Part shown: one piece after another, positions 39,271 to 54,308 of the stretch
Layout of the letters: each line of letters starts with the position of its first letter
Position numbering within the stretch: position 1 is the stretch's first letter
Notes under the pieces: model-generated
The model's database searches: none
What the model was told of the DNA's origin: nothing
What the model saw: the letters and a program-made list of their open reading frames with translations, nothing else
Program-made: the position numbers and the translations under genes
Source: Tubiluchus corallicola
Lineage: Eukaryota; Animalia; Priapulida
Direction of reading: 5' to 3'
DNA: 64,000 nucleotides
NCBI GenBank assembly: GCA_030141605.1
Contig: JAQGDQ010000109.1
Span: forward strand, 310,001-374,000

Positions 39271-42200
39271 CTGAAAAAGAAATGAATTTTCAAATTAACA
39301 TCTAGAAGTAGAATTTAGTTTGCTCCTAAACTATTTTATATCTGTTTAAAATATTTTTAGTCAATGCAGTATGTGTAATTGGTTTCAGGATTGACGAGCC
39401 TAAATAGCAAAATTTTTTGAGAATTTAAATTTGACAATAGTGTTAATTTTCAGAAAAAAGATATGCACTCTACTGACGTTAGTTTATTTATTTGGTTCAC
39501 ACAGAGTTACTTTGACGTTACTCTAGGTACTTACTTCAGACAAAGTAAATCTAACCTGACATGCCGTGGACCCCTTTTACTCTGCAGTATTTTTTCAGAT
39601 TATAGCTTTTTAACCAGGGACGAAAGAGTGTAGAAAAATAATGGACGCACGAATGTCCACTAAAAGCACACGTTAGTGCTGCATATTTATGCACGAAAAA
39701 AGTGGCAATTATTTTATTATTCATTAATTTCAAATGTTTTACTCAAAACAGTAATTATTGTCGTGATTACACGGTGTTTTAATTAGTCATGTGACTGAAA
39801 GCTCTGACCAATTGACAGGTGACTATACACCACAGTAGGCCTACTAAAATATTAATACACGGCAGCCTTTTATACTGTACTTGTACTCATGTAGAAAGCG
39901 TTCCAACATTCACTTAATACAATACAAGCTTTCAATGCTTTAATAGTTAAATAGACAGAAGAGAACATATAAACTCAGTATAGATAAACTTAGTAAATCA
40001 CCTCTTGTACCCATTTAACTATTTCAGCACGTTTCGATACAACAGTTTCATTACTTCGATCAAGCCTTCTGCGATGATACCTTATATACATGGTCGTTAA
40101 CTAGTCCATTTTTCTTACATACATTTGCCTATGCGTATAATCCTATCTGTCATTCTGAACTGCCAATCTTATCTAAACATACAAGGTTTTGTGAAAAGAA
40201 CAAAAAGCGACGTTTTGTCCCAGTTTTATCTGACATCGTCTTTGCAGAAGAATTTGGGGCAATTATGGAAGAACCTTTCTGTTGAGATGGCCTACATCAG
40301 GACACAAACCAGTGTTATTGCTACATGTATTTCACTTTCACTGTTTTAAGATAAATAAATTAGTGGCTCTTTTGCATAAGAATTGGTGCTAATCAGATAA
40401 ATGTAGGACAAATTCACTATAAATTTACTTCTCAATGTATCCTCCTCAGTCCTCCGTGTTCACATTTTAGGTCCAAAGAAATACTTAGTAAAATAGTTAC
40501 TGAAACCACTGCTTATTACGACGAAGTCAAAAGTTGCGATTTATCACTTTCTTTCGAAGTGAAAATAACCCATAGACATCATCGACCCATAATCACTCTT
40601 TCAGAGCGGTTCACAAGCCCGTGATCAGGATTACTAGAATTCCATGTAAACATGTATATGTATAAACTTATCAAATTTCCACAGATATTACTCATTTAGA
40701 CAGTAGTTTCTCGAGCATATTCCAACAGCACGGCGGAATCATTTATTAATCCATTCGTATGTTATTTAAATACTTAACTTTTTAAAAGTACAAAGAAAAG
40801 TAGCTGGGGTTCAATAGCATTACGATGCAGTGTTAAACATTTAACTAAACAGCAGACCGCTTTTAACGAACAGATTTTCTCACGAGCTTTTTTCTTTTTC
40901 GTTATCCTTAGATAAAGCAAACAGATTTCCAGTTAGCAGATAAACGTCTATTACACGAATAAATAAACAGTTTATCAATGCATAATCTTATTCCATTACA
41001 AATTTCATTCATCGACATTAAGTACACAGAACTAAGGACCAAGAGGTAGGAGTGTGGAATGACGCTATGTCCACGAAATTATTTTTATCGTTGAGAGAGG
41101 CTGAGGAATAATGAGGAGATGGAGTTAACTGAATTTGCGCGGACAATCTGACGTGCTACCAACTGGAGTGGTGTGTACCAGTTGGCAATAAAGAATTCTT
41201 AGCGCGCATATCGTCAGCCGCTCATTAAAAAAAATAAATTAAGTTATTCATAACCAAGTTAACTATAATTGTTTTCTGTGCTACTGATGCATACTTAAAT
41301 CAACTCACTATAAGGCCTTTCTTCACTGCAGTTAAGTCTGGTGTCACATATCAATCTACAGTAAAACTGCTACTAACATAAAATGCCATTTTATATATAA
41401 TTCTAATATGTTATGTCTACTTCCTGATCACCTTGTTTAACGATGTCGTAAAACTGAAGTATTAAACAAGAAACTCGTGTCTGACCATCGTTGCGAATAT
41501 TAATCGAGTATGGTATATTTTAATGGAGAAGTCGAACCACTTGGCGACAGGCAAAGGTTACAGAGCATGGCAATATTTGTAGTAAGGCGCCATAGTTTAT
41601 GAAAAAATCACGTTAACGTGCTTCGACTGTTTCTTCTTCGACACTTTTCAAGGGACAGTGTTCTACGATTTACTAATTAACCTCTTGTTACAATTTCAAA
41701 CACATGGACGTCTCATTCCAGCGAGCTAAATGGACAAGCACCCGTAAATGGGCAGACTTTGATGTCAAAGATCATTTTAGCTTTCTTTCACCTACATGAG
41801 TTACTCGCATACGCTGGCACCCCAGCCATGCAAGAAAGGCTCCAAGATAAACTTCAATTCTTTCCTCATCTTTCACGTAACTTGTTTCTTCTTACTTGCG
41901 CTACCTTGTGATTTAGTCTTTAGACTCAAGAGCTACACTTTCAGAGAATGATGGATTCCTTGCAGGGAGGCAAGTCGCTACTGCAGAGCCAGATGCCAAC
42001 AAAACTTAACAAACAAAACATTCTCTCGGACCTCGTCAACAAAATGAATGTGTAAATTTTTGTTGCCTGCAATGCAGAGGGGCAGCAGTTGCAACAATAA
42101 TAGAATGCTATAGTAGTAAAATCTTTCATTTATCTATGAAATACCGTACACAATGCACTAACATTATAGCAAACATTATTAAAATAAATTGATGCATCAG

Positions 42201-43779
42201 AAAACATTCGTTTGTGACGATTTCAACATAGCTTTGCACGGCATGTTTTGCAAGCCCACAGTCAAACAATCATCTTAATTACTTTAAATGTTACTTCATT
42301 GCTCTTGCTAGGTGAAGGACATTAATTAGTGTTACATAAACTCAACTTATTTGCGTACGGGGTTACTTGGTGTACTCAGTGCTTAATCTATTAATCTATC
42401 CTTGCTAGCTGAAACGTTTGTGTATCTATACTGGTCATCAAATGCACTCATACGTCACGCAAGTTATATCAATTTATTAAAGCATCATTAACACACGTCG
42501 TTAAAGCAAACAGAGATCAGAACACAACAGAAGGTAGCCCACGTAATTATTTATAAATGAATGGCTAAATAGCACCTATATGGCTTTTATTTTTGTGAAT
42601 ATTTAATGCTATTTAAGTTTATCAGTTGAAAAGGTCGACATGTTGCGAAAATGAATGTACGCAAGTGAAGCCAAAGCTAGAGCTTATCACAAGCTCGCGT
42701 ATTTTAGCTTTCGAAAACTGAACTCAACAGTGCCACTCATATTTTGCTCTTTGATACCCATGCAAACAATAAATTATAATTCATTTCAATAATAAACATT
42801 TAAACTTTCGAATAAATAGGCAATACATTTATACAATTAGAAGTTTTAACCTTTTCAGAGACTTGCAAGACAATTGGTTTAAAAAGAACCAAAACTCAAA
42901 GACTAACATTTTTAATATGTTACATAAAATTGTTCACTGTATGTAGATAATGTGTAAAATGCTTACTCGGGTATATTTAATATTAATTGTACGGAATTAT
43001 TTTGTGAATAATGAGCAGTGAACTCAACTGTCCTACCCTGACTCAATGGCTCAGACGATACATGGCCTAGGGAGGTGCTTTATGACAGCCTACACAAACT
43101 AATGAATGGGTTTGTTTCCCGATGCGACACCTCCTGCGTGTTTGAGAACCTTACCGTCCCGAGTGGATTAGTCATTACTGCTGCGTCTTGTAGTATTATA
43201 GCGTGTACTTACAATGCAAGTCATTGTCCCGGCATGCTCTTATACCCCTCGTGAGAAAATACCAAAAAACCATCCACTCAGCGTTTAGGTATCAGTTATC
43301 AAGTTTATTTCGGGAAGTTGATGCTCTGGAAATGTGCCCTGAATATTTTCGATAACAAGACTACGTGTGAAAAACAAGTAAAGATTACTAATTAAACAAA
43401 CCATTTTAGTGGAAGATCTTATTAGGTTACTTTATGATACATAAATGTAATTTCTATGTTTCAAACACTCCAAGTGTGTTTTGCGGCTCTTGGTAATTAT
43501 CATTTTCTTAATTATCCGCCCACACTTCCGGTGTCTCGTAAGTCCACTGGCATTATGATTACACACGTAGTCATTAATTCGTTTATACACCACATGAAAG
43601 AGTGCGTATAGATTGTATATCTACAAAATTTATAAACTGTAAATGTTTCTTGTAACTTATAGGACTATAGATACCTTGTTGCAATATTCCTTTCCTACCC
43701 TCGATAGTAGATGTCATAAATTAGTTAAAATTTGCCTACAACATGCAAATATTAGTTTACTTTATGAAACACCAGACAA

Positions 43780-44100
43780 ATTGCAACCAAAAATGCGATT
43801 ACCCAGAAACGGCGCACACGGCAAAAGTTCAAACGAAAGTTCATGCATGGAAAAAACCGTCCGGAACACGACCTCTTGCCCCTAGAAAGAAGAAACTCGA
43901 AATTTGGATCCCCTATGTGGCAGACATATCGTACATCACTGTCGGAACAGTCTCACTGAAAGGTTTATGCCAAATCCGAAACCCTCCCTATCCTACATGA
44001 AATCTTACCAGAAGAATGAAAGAAGTCACTGCAGGGAAGAATCCTGTAATAGTGACTCCATTCTGTATCGGCGTTTCAGTTGTAAAGTAACACTTAGCAA
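43780..44100 (+). mobile_element. Possible Penelope-like element relic
   Basis: Broken frames give CDYPE...KKKLEIWIPYVADIS, then HCREESCNSDSILYRRFSCK. This resembles the 'NGYP...LPYV...S' and 'C...VVY...C' region of PLE RT/GIY-YIG proteins. Confidence 0.3.
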
Positions 44101-46478
44101 TTAATCTAGTCCAACAAAACATTAAAAGTGAACCTTTCACACCGAGCGTCACATAGTTGGCTTTGGGCGAATCATATAGAAAATTCTCTATTGAAATGTT
44201 TTCGAGACGCCTTTTACAAATATACCTCAGAAAATTTAAAAAGATCTTTAATTAACCTTTTATTATCTCTAACAAAGTTGCAAAACCTTTTCTTTAGTGT
44301 TTCTAGCGAATAAAATTTCAGCTTTTTAATTATTTTTGAGTAAAATTAATCCATCCTCCATCAAATAAAATATGTAGCTATATGTGTAGTCATGTATGGA
44401 GAGCTATAAATCAAAATCCTAAATTAATAACCAGCGGAGTACAGGACTATGCGTATCCTGTGAATAAAATTTGATTGATTGAAAAATGGCGTGTCTAACA
44501 ATATACATGCGCTATTGTCATTTATAATCATATTTTTAAAACTATTCACTTTGTTTGTAGATAATTTACTTCAGTATGTATCAATAAATCAAAAATGAAC
44601 GTGTGTTGCAGGAATAAAACTTATTTTATTCAGCAATCAAAATGGAATTAAGCCTGGGCATAGCGTATTTTACACGGCTAATTAGTTTTTTTGCTTGTAA
44701 GCAGAATGAATAGCAGGTATTAAAAACAATTATAATTATTAGTGAGCGATCACAATAATGTTAAAATATCAGCCTTGCAAGTACATGTTTATTGTGAGAC
44801 TTTAGCCTACATTATGGACCTCACTCTGCTTCATGTTCCTCACTTTAAGAACTCCCGTGATTTGCAAAGTCACCCATAAAATACTTTCATGTATTTTACA
44901 ATTATACCTGCCTTTGATGTCACGTGGGATAGCACTAGCCTACACAAACAAAATTAATTTCTGCTTGTTCCGCTGTCTTCTGCTACTTGTCAGAAAGGGA
45001 GCGTGCCCTCAGAGAAACGTTGCAGCATCCCCTAGAGAAGAACAAACTCAGCATTGTCCAACTGATGTGGGTCAAGTGTTTCTGTTATGGGTATGGACAG
45101 TGGTGCTGACAAGCCACGGGCATAGCAATGTCCTAGTATTTAATGGATTGACTGCTGTGTTTTCTCGTTTTGAAGGCATATTTCTTCTACGTATAAGAAT
45201 TCTACCTGCCAACGTTTACAATAGACATAACGGACATTCACTGAATAAGAAAGCACATCCCATAATGCGATTATACAGCCCCAGATGACGTCATTCATAA
45301 GGAGCCAGCCCTTTGTCATTGTTATGGCATGACGTTTCCGTCATCTCCACAATTATCATCTGCGATTGAAATAATCTAATGATGCTTAAAGGAAATAATT
45401 TCATGCTGCTGTAAATGGGCTAACAGTCTAGTTAACCAATAAATGCAGTGTAGACTATAGTAAACTTAGTATAATTTCTGCAATACTAGCTCATTTTCTA
45501 ATTTTGTAGTTACGGAACTGGGGCATAATGATATGCGCTATATTTTTTTAGATTTTCCACTCGAAAGCTAATACCAGTGTTGCATAAATTAGAAGCTGTG
45601 CGCTAATGAAATAGTGTTGCGAGAGCTAACACTTATTAGATGTATTACTAATAATTCATTCGATTAATTGTGATTTAATTTTTAAATTAGTCGGTACAAC
45701 ATTTAGACTTATCGAGAAGCACCGGCAACTGAATATATAAACGAGCGTGTTTAATTTTGTGATTTCTTCAGCTTTGCTGAAACTATTTTTTATGAAACCC
45801 GACAAGGTTGTTCATGCCGCATCCTCACTTTCACCTACAATTGTTAATTAATCATAGTAATTAATAGAGATCTTTCAATCGTTGCCCATGCGTTGTGAAG
45901 TGACTCATGAATTATATTAATATTTAATTCGGATCTCATGTACAATGAACTAGACTAAGTTTTCACCATATCAAGATTTAATCTGTACCTTAATCTGGAG
46001 ATTTAAACAGAAGTTCCTGCTGATATCGCAAAGTATATCACAAGACATACACGTTCTACATTTTTGTAAACAGCCAAGTACCTGCAATGGACTGACACTT
46101 GAAATATCAGTTTAATGTGCATGCAGCCAACATAATATAAAACTGCCACCGTGTTTTTGACTGTTAATCACTTTCTCTTCTTTAACGCGCTCGCGAGGAG
46201 CCGGAAATACTTGAAAATCCAAAAGGACAAAACATTTACACGCCTACATAATTGTATGCTCAACGTGTTTACTTTGTTGACAAGTTGTTTATAACCAATG
46301 ATTTGTTTGCATCCGCCATTTTTTATCTTGATGAACTTTCTCGGGTGGGCCAAAGTGTACAACATTTCCCAATAACGTTACAGGCCTGTGGATTAAATGT
46401 AAGCCAGAAAACATTTCAGCAGACTTTATACACGGAAGCGTGTTTTGATAATTTCACTACCAACACGTAATGACACCA

Positions 46479-46902
46479 AACGACATCGGCAAAATCACAA
46501 ACTATTGTGACAATAAACTTGACGACAACGGCAAAATCACAAACTATTGTGACAATAAACTTGACGACAACGGCAAAATCACAAACTATTGTGACAATAA
46601 ACTTGACGACAACGGCAAAATCACAAACTATTGTGACAATAAACTTGACGACAACGGCAAAATCACAAACTATTGTGACAATAAACTTGACGACAACGGC
46701 AAAATCACAAACTATTGTGACAATAAACTTGACGACATCGGCAAAATCACAAACTATTGTGACAATAAACTTGACGACAACGGCAAAATCACAAACTATT
46801 GTGACAATAAACTTGACGACAACGGCAAAATCACAAACTATTGTGACAATAAACTTGACGACAACGGCAAAATCACAAACTATTGTGACAATAAACTTGA
46901 CG
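46479..46902. repeat. 42-bp minisatellite, about 10 copies
   Basis: The unit GACGACAACGGCAAAATCACAAACTATTGTGACAATAAACTT repeats head-to-tail without spacers. Copies 1 and 7 carry GACATCGGC. Confidence 0.97.
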
Positions 46903-49900
46903 TTTTCTATTGTAATGTGTCATGGCAAATTACGGCGATGAAGAATATGGTGGAAATTCAGTTGTAACATGCCTGATAATAGTGACGAATCATGGTGACG
47001 ACGACGAAAGAATCATTAAATGAGAATGATCTTTAAATGTAACTATAATCACTATAAAAGCCTACTGGTTGTTTCTAAATTTTATCTAATATCGCGCCAC
47101 AATGACGACCAAAGGATAAATAATGGACATTAATGAAGTATGGAAGGGCGGATGCCTTACTTTACGGCAATTTATCCGGTAATAGTTCCGGAGCAGTTCA
47201 TGCTCGATTGACATTGATAATCACGACATTACACTCGACCATCACTCAGCAGTGAACTCACACAGTCAATCATGCATCCTGACCAAGTGACCAATCGCAA
47301 CATACGGATCTAATTAAAAAGAAACATTGCTCATCTATTACACTTTCTCGTTTGTCACTAGTTCAGAGATGAAGCACTGAACACAGAGACGTTAATTTAC
47401 TTCAGTCACGAGGTGCTATAGCTATCCGTCTCAGAAGTTCAACATAGAACTCATAAATTAGAATAATATGGTCATTCATCTGCTTTGCCGGCACTTATCT
47501 GCTCCAGGATTTAGCGCATCCTACTAGAACAAGCCAGATATGTACTCCTTACGCCAACAAGGACATAGTTTTTGGTAAAAATATAACGTATGTTGCAGCT
47601 TCTGCAATTGCAGATTGTCTGACTGCCCGATTCTATTTGTATTACCAATGAACCCTGTCCAAATTTCATAATAACTATTTTATTAGCTGTCGCACCACCT
47701 TCTCCCGCGGCGCGCATTACTCCTAGCTTTTTCCTGCTCTTCATCAAAACAGTGTTATTTTTACAACATTTTTATTTTAACTTCAGATTAAAAATCGTGC
47801 CAAACCCAGTCGTGCAATGACCACGAAAAGATCAAAAAGACCGACGATATCATTGTTGACCGCTATAGGTGAAAAGCCACAGATATCCAACCCGTTACTA
47901 TTATTACTGTTTTCAGATGATTTAATTTATCGTTATTGTTATAGGTTAGTTTTAGAGTTTGGAGGCTCCTTCAGTCAGTAATTTGTTGAGTCAAATCTAC
48001 ACCCTCCCGCGCAGAGAACGAACGGGATCCTCACTGGTTATTGTATGTAAACTTAATAAAAGTAATATATACACACAGACGAACTTAGGTATTCAATATA
48101 ATAATTACTGACTTTCATTTTAGTCGACTATGTGAAAAAAATTGTATTTCTACTATTGTAATAACTTAATATGCATAATAAAAAATAAACCTACACAAAC
48201 GAATTTTTTCTTCTCCTAGTACTTTTTATCTTTTCCAGCATCCATAAAGCTTTGACCTCTTCATGACGCTCTCAAGACGTGTGCACACAACTTGATGACA
48301 CATTGCACACATCACAGGCAGTGTAATACTCAACATCGTTTACATGCTGTGTTTGTGCACATTATAATGAAACAGTCAAGCAACAAGCTAATGGAAGCTT
48401 TGCCTGATGATCAAATACTACCAAGTCAAGCCGCTTTATTTTCGGCAACCGTATATTTAGTTACAATGAAGCAACATGACATCGACAATAACTTTATTTG
48501 GTTGAGCGAATTGCTGAAATTGAAACCCTGGTATTATGGGCAAATATCATGTAACCAGCAAAAAATGATTTTTTTGTCAAACTCTCCATAATGTTCAAGA
48601 AACTAGAAAGCAGAAAATGAAAAAAAATCGTCATCATTAATAATAATAATGAAAAAAATTAATGAATTTATGCTCGTTGAAATTTGAGGAAATTTTTATC
48701 ATCACTGTTAAATGCGAGCTTTATGTGTATGCGCTTTATCTATATGCACTATACAGGTCGTGCAATAACTTTCTAGAAGTTTTTACGGCAGAGACAGGTG
48801 TTAACATCACACCCTGGGGCAGATTAAACACTCTAAACCAGACATGCTTCATAGAAACTTCACTACAAGAAGACCAGGTTAATTGCATAAAAAGTTTATA
48901 GGTCATATGAAAACGTGTTCACAGCATATAGATTTACGTTTTGTCAAATTAGCTTCAAGTTTTGTCAAGTCTATGTTGTTTTGAGAAAAAGGAATGTGAA
49001 GACACTAACATCGAAAGTTGAAAACATCAATTTGTCGTTGATATTTCAAAGTATCCAGTTATAGGAACTGTTCAACTAAAACGCGTTTCAGATGAATGCT
49101 AGTGCTCTTATTTCGGCTGCGATTAAATTTGATTTAATTTAAATTAAAATATATGTGATTATTAAAACTTTTGCCACAAGGTACTTTAGTTTCAAATTAA
49201 ATGCACGAAATAAACTGTAAAAACGACACCTACAGTCCTACAATAGCATAAAATTCAGGCCTTATGAAAAAAAACAAGTTCTGTTGAAGTTTCAACGAAA
49301 GAGTCACGATTTTAAACGATTAATTAAAATGCGAATTGTTTGGTCAGCCTCTAACAATACTAATTTCCCTGACTACTGTTATAGCCCAGTTACATAATTA
49401 CAGCCTTTAGTGGTAAGCCTGGTAACACTATGACGTTGAAATAATTTGTTGCATTTGGATTAGAGAGTAAGCTTGACGGGCGAGGACACGTTCCATATTT
49501 ATAATATTTCGCAGCAGGAAGAACGTTATATTGTCATTTGAATTCACATTTTCAGCATACATGCAAGACCCCAATCTTTGCAAATGTGTTACAAGCAGGT
49601 GAAGATTAAAATTAATGGCGGTTGCTATAATAATAAATTTTAAAATAAATTTAGAAATGGGTTCGCTGAGTTTCGACAATTTCTAAGTCGCGTTTCAACT
49701 TTTCAAGTGGCAAATTCCGCGAAGTGAATGGAACGAATGTTTTCCTAACCGAACACATATTTACGCTAGGCTGATCTCGAACAATTATAGCTACTTGAAA
49801 TCAGCTCTGCATTAGAAGTCACAACTTAGCTGCTCAAAAATCGACACCCTTCTTGCCTAGTACATTTCAAGGCCTGTCTAATTATCTTGGGATGATTGTA

Positions 49901-51142
49901 TTATTTTATTTTGATCTTTTCAATGTTTCTCGCAGCACTCGATGCTGCATTTTCTATTATTACGATAAGAAGTTCAAGCCGTTGTATTTCTATAATGTGA
50001 CGTCTTTGTCTTTTATCCTCTTCTTGTGTGCAGAACGTTTTAGTTTATTATATTTTAAAGTCAATGCGATGTGCTACTTTTTAAATGTATGACTAGTATG
50101 GTAAGATACAGAAACATATAAGGAAAAATCCGTCTTCCTTTCCCATTCGTTTGATATTTAAGTCTGTAGTGTTTTAATATGAACATTTGTAACGATTGGT
50201 TTTGCACTCACTTTACATTTGACTGAAATGGTGATTTAAGGTATCAGCTCGATAAACATTTGGCCTAACAGCGCATTCGTTTACGACCAAAAAAACTACG
50301 ACGGTGTTTGTCTTTTTTGAACCTAAAATCATGGCAATCATTTTCAAAAACTTCACACGACGGGATCTGTTTACTTAGGTTTTTTTACAATCGTCTCTCA
50401 CAAGCATCATTTATTGCCTTTTTTGCTTAGCTAGTTTCGATTAGTCACTCAAGTTTCCATAGTAACTAACACAGGCGGGTGCGGCCAAGCAACGCCCCTC
50501 AATCTCATGCACCTGATGTAAAAGTTCAAAATGAACACAAAGACGTTTCTATCACTGTTTTGATAAACTGTTCTTGAGACATGAAAGCTTCACATTCAAC
50601 TAGCTTGTTTCTTCCATGTCTACGTTACTATGTGGGTCACTTATATAGGCGTGTAGCAACTTCTATTCTTATATTCAGTGCGGCACACCTCAAGCCAAAA
50701 TCAGCACGGAACGACAAGCCCACTTATTACGTGTATGGTTGTGGCAGGATTGGAATCCATCTCTTTATCAAGGATAATCGTCCGACGTGAATTGCCGACT
50801 CACTAGAGGCGTCTTTGTTCGCGTTCTGATATAATATATAGATAACACAATGTATATAATAACTTAATTCACTTTCGGATATATCTCCCTCATAAACACG
50901 CTCCCTCAAAGGAGTGAAACTGCCCAGAAACGACTCTTTCTTTTACTATAGCCAGATCGAGTGTTACTTACTACACACCATGAAACTGTGTAAGACAAGA
51001 CTGTAAATAGACAAACAAAATTCTGTCTGATTAAGTGTGTTAAACGGTTCCTCGAGGAATCATCCTCCTTCAACTTATACGTATTCCTGACGTAAATCGA
51101 GAAATCAAGAGCTTACATATTACAAATTAAAGACCGCCGTTA

Positions 51143-51240
51143 AACTGAATTGCATTGAACTAAAGTGAATTGAACTGAATTGAATTTAATTGAACTGCAT
51201 TGCACTGAATTGAATTTAATAGAACCGAATGGAATTGAAA
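51143..51240. repeat. Degenerate (TGAAC/TGAAT)n pentanucleotide repeat
   Basis: ACTGAATTGCATTGAAC...TGAATTGAACTGAATTGAATTTAATTGAACTG is read directly. Confidence 0.75.
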
Positions 51241-53984
51241 TGTTGTTGAAGAATGGTTTTAAAATGCCAGCGATCACTGCCATAATCTGCATGTAGCGAA
51301 ACATTTATATACAAATAGTCTCCAATCACACAGTTTTCACAAAGTTTAAATGCATTTAACAGTTGCTGCTGTACATGAGTCATAAATAATCATTCTTGCT
51401 CTGATTTGTGTGTCAGCTCAACGCATTTGTTTACCCACATTTCAACTTCTTATCGTGGATTCAAGTTTAGGCTTAATCAATTAAGGTTATTACACTTTCG
51501 CCGCTATCCTATAAGTGCTAAATATACAAACAGTTTCAGCGAGCGGGTTCCGAACCAACCGACCCGGATATCGTGCTGTTAAAAGGATGGCAAGATAATG
51601 AAAAATAATCTTCTGGTGGCAACATTTAATCTTAAATACGAACAATGAAAAAATCATTGAAAATTCGATGGGCTAAACAGATAATATAGTCCATCAACAC
51701 ATAAGAGCAGTATGCTACAATTATACCCTGTCCCATCTCCTCCCTCCTATAATTACGAAGAAAAATGACCACTGCAACTCAATTCAAAATGGCATGCACG
51801 TTGCTATAGCACTTTTCACAGTGCAAATGGGCTATTACAAATTTTTGACCCACTTATACCGAAAATTAATAACGTTTCAACTTTATGACTACGTTAATAG
51901 CTACAAGTACGAAGACAACACCATTAAAATCAATGCAAAACACTTTCGAACAGGCGTTGACACTTCAGAGTATCTTGTGAACTCAAAAGCAATAAAAACA
52001 TTCGCTTACTATTGTTTATTATTATAGGTCAATATACTCAATACATATTTTTTGTAAGGTATTAATATTTAGAAACATTTTAAAGAATACAAAAATCTCA
52101 CTTTATTTCGCCTTTCATTTGGGCTGTTCTTTACTCGTTTATTACCAAATAATGACAAAGTTTAGCAGAATTTACAACCTAATCGCGACATCACTGCCAT
52201 AATTAAGTGGCGATAATTATAGCAAACAAATTTTCCTCTCAATCAAAATAGGTTTTATGTGGATTCGACCTTTACCGACTGCGCCAATTGCCGAAATTGC
52301 GTTATGACTCAGAAAGAATAGGTGGCAGATTTTATATTACAATGCATCATTCTATGAAGAGTTCACTTGTCGTGATAGATCTAGGCTTTCAGTAGCACAT
52401 CCAGTATGACAGATATTAGAGGGTGTACAGGCATTTGACGTTTTGACGTCTTGATCACTTTTATTACTGCATTATCGTAATTAATGTAAAACCAGCGCAA
52501 CTGGTTTCGCTATCTATTAATTCTGGTATCCAACACAGGGCAAGATTTAGGTCTTTGCCATGTAGGTAATAAACTAATATGATAGATAAATTAGGCATGT
52601 TACAGACGCAAAACTGTATAAGTTAAATAAGTGACAGTGACCGTTATAAAACAAATACTGCAAAGACCAAATTTCCCGAATCCAGCATACCTAATCTGAC
52701 TTGCCTAAGTGTGATATAACTATAAGTAAACAGACTTCGAACGATATCCTACTTGTACCCAACACTGCCTATTCCATATAGTTCTGTAACGACCTACACT
52801 GTGGCACAAACAGTAGCGGGAATTTCAAAAATGTAGATAAAAGGTGACAGATAATATAACCATTTGTTTGTTTCTTGAAAAATTATATATCTTAAACAAC
52901 AATGATGCTTTCATGATGCTTACCACTACTTAACTTTTCAGTTACTTCGCTATTCTCTACGATGTAATCCAATTCTATATCAGTATCCATTTCTAGCGCG
53001 TTGATTTAATGTCCACGTTCAACAATCACAGATAACCACATAATCCTCACCGCATCGAAACACACCTGCAGTTATCAACACACACCAGCAACGCAGGTGA
53101 GTTGGACGGTTTATGTCCGGCGGTCGACCAACGGTTCGACTTCAGCGCTGAATGTGCAAGGTAACAAGTCCTATGACTGCATGCGAGCACCGCCTACCTG
53201 CCGCTGGAGGGCGTCTGTGGAACAGTGATTATGAACCAAAGTGCTTTTTAGTCTACGTAAATCTGATTTAAAAATCGTAGCTGGAATAATGTACGCAAAA
53301 TTCGCATGACCACAGTACAAATTATAATTGTCCGAAGATAACCTCCATTAACCCAAATTGTTAACGCAGGTTATTTCAAGGTCTAGCCTAGCGTGTACGT
53401 AACTTCACAGACACATGTTAAGAAAAGCAAGCGATAAAAAGATTACACAATTTGTCAAAACTATAATTTTCCTGCACAGGGTCTCAGAATTCACTACTAT
53501 GCAAGTACATATCTTATCGTGCCGTGATATAAACGTAATTTCTTTAGACATGATAAACTTCACGCCTAATAATAATTAATCATTTCAGACTGGCAGACAA
53601 AATTATACGCTTACAATTAATGCTGCAATAGCTGCACTACCCCAGTAATTTAGTTTTCGAGGTTTCATCCAACCCCGGGTATTTTACGCATAATATACCT
53701 AGATGATCCTGTGGTGGTGCTGTTATAAATAGCACAAGTCAAAGTAGTATGTAAAATGGTGTCAAAATAAAAATGCGCCTTTGCACTGCATCTGATTTTT
53801 TCAACATGATAATAGTACTACCGGTTTTGCTTACACCCGCCCAGTTTTGCAAATCTATATGAAAACCAAATGGCCGACACAACTTTAACTATTGACATCA
53901 TGCTTAGTCTTGTTAAAATTTCTTGACTCCAAGCTGCGACCACTAGTATTGCAACCCAAACTCAGCAACGAGAAGTGAGGTAGA

Positions 53985-54235
53985 TCTGAGGAGACGGACG
54001 GAGAGCGAAGTAAAGAGAAGGACAAGGAGAGCAATAGAGAAAGGAAACCAGTGGATGGATGGAGGAAGGAGGAAGGAAGGAAGGGGAAAGAGAGAGAGGG
54101 AGAAAGAAAGAAACAGAAAGTAGAGATAGAGATGGGGAGACGGAGGGAGCGCGAAGTAGGGAGAATAATAAAGAGGGCGATAGAGAAAGGAGGGACGGAG
54201 AAAGGAACGGACAGAAAAAGAGAGAGAGGGGGAGG

Positions 54236-54307
<72 letters not shown>
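53985..54307. repeat. Polypurine tract ending in a perfect (GA)n microsatellite
   Basis: GA-rich low-complexity sequence; perfect (GA)n at about 54240-54307. Confidence 0.95.

Positions 54308-54308
<1 letters not shown>

Noticed and set aside
40002-40080. Candidate formin DID exon (YHRRRLDRS…KWVQE)
   Set aside because: The resemblance to INF2 is superficial, the splice sites are weak, and its phase does not match the exon starting at 39270.
44833-45288. 151-aa ORF
   Set aside because: It has no recognisable motif, composition signal or splice support.
46470-46967. CRISPR array or repeat-protein gene
   Set aside because: The units are contiguous with no unique spacers and there are no cas genes. 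The ORFs are explained by a 42-bp stop-free unit.
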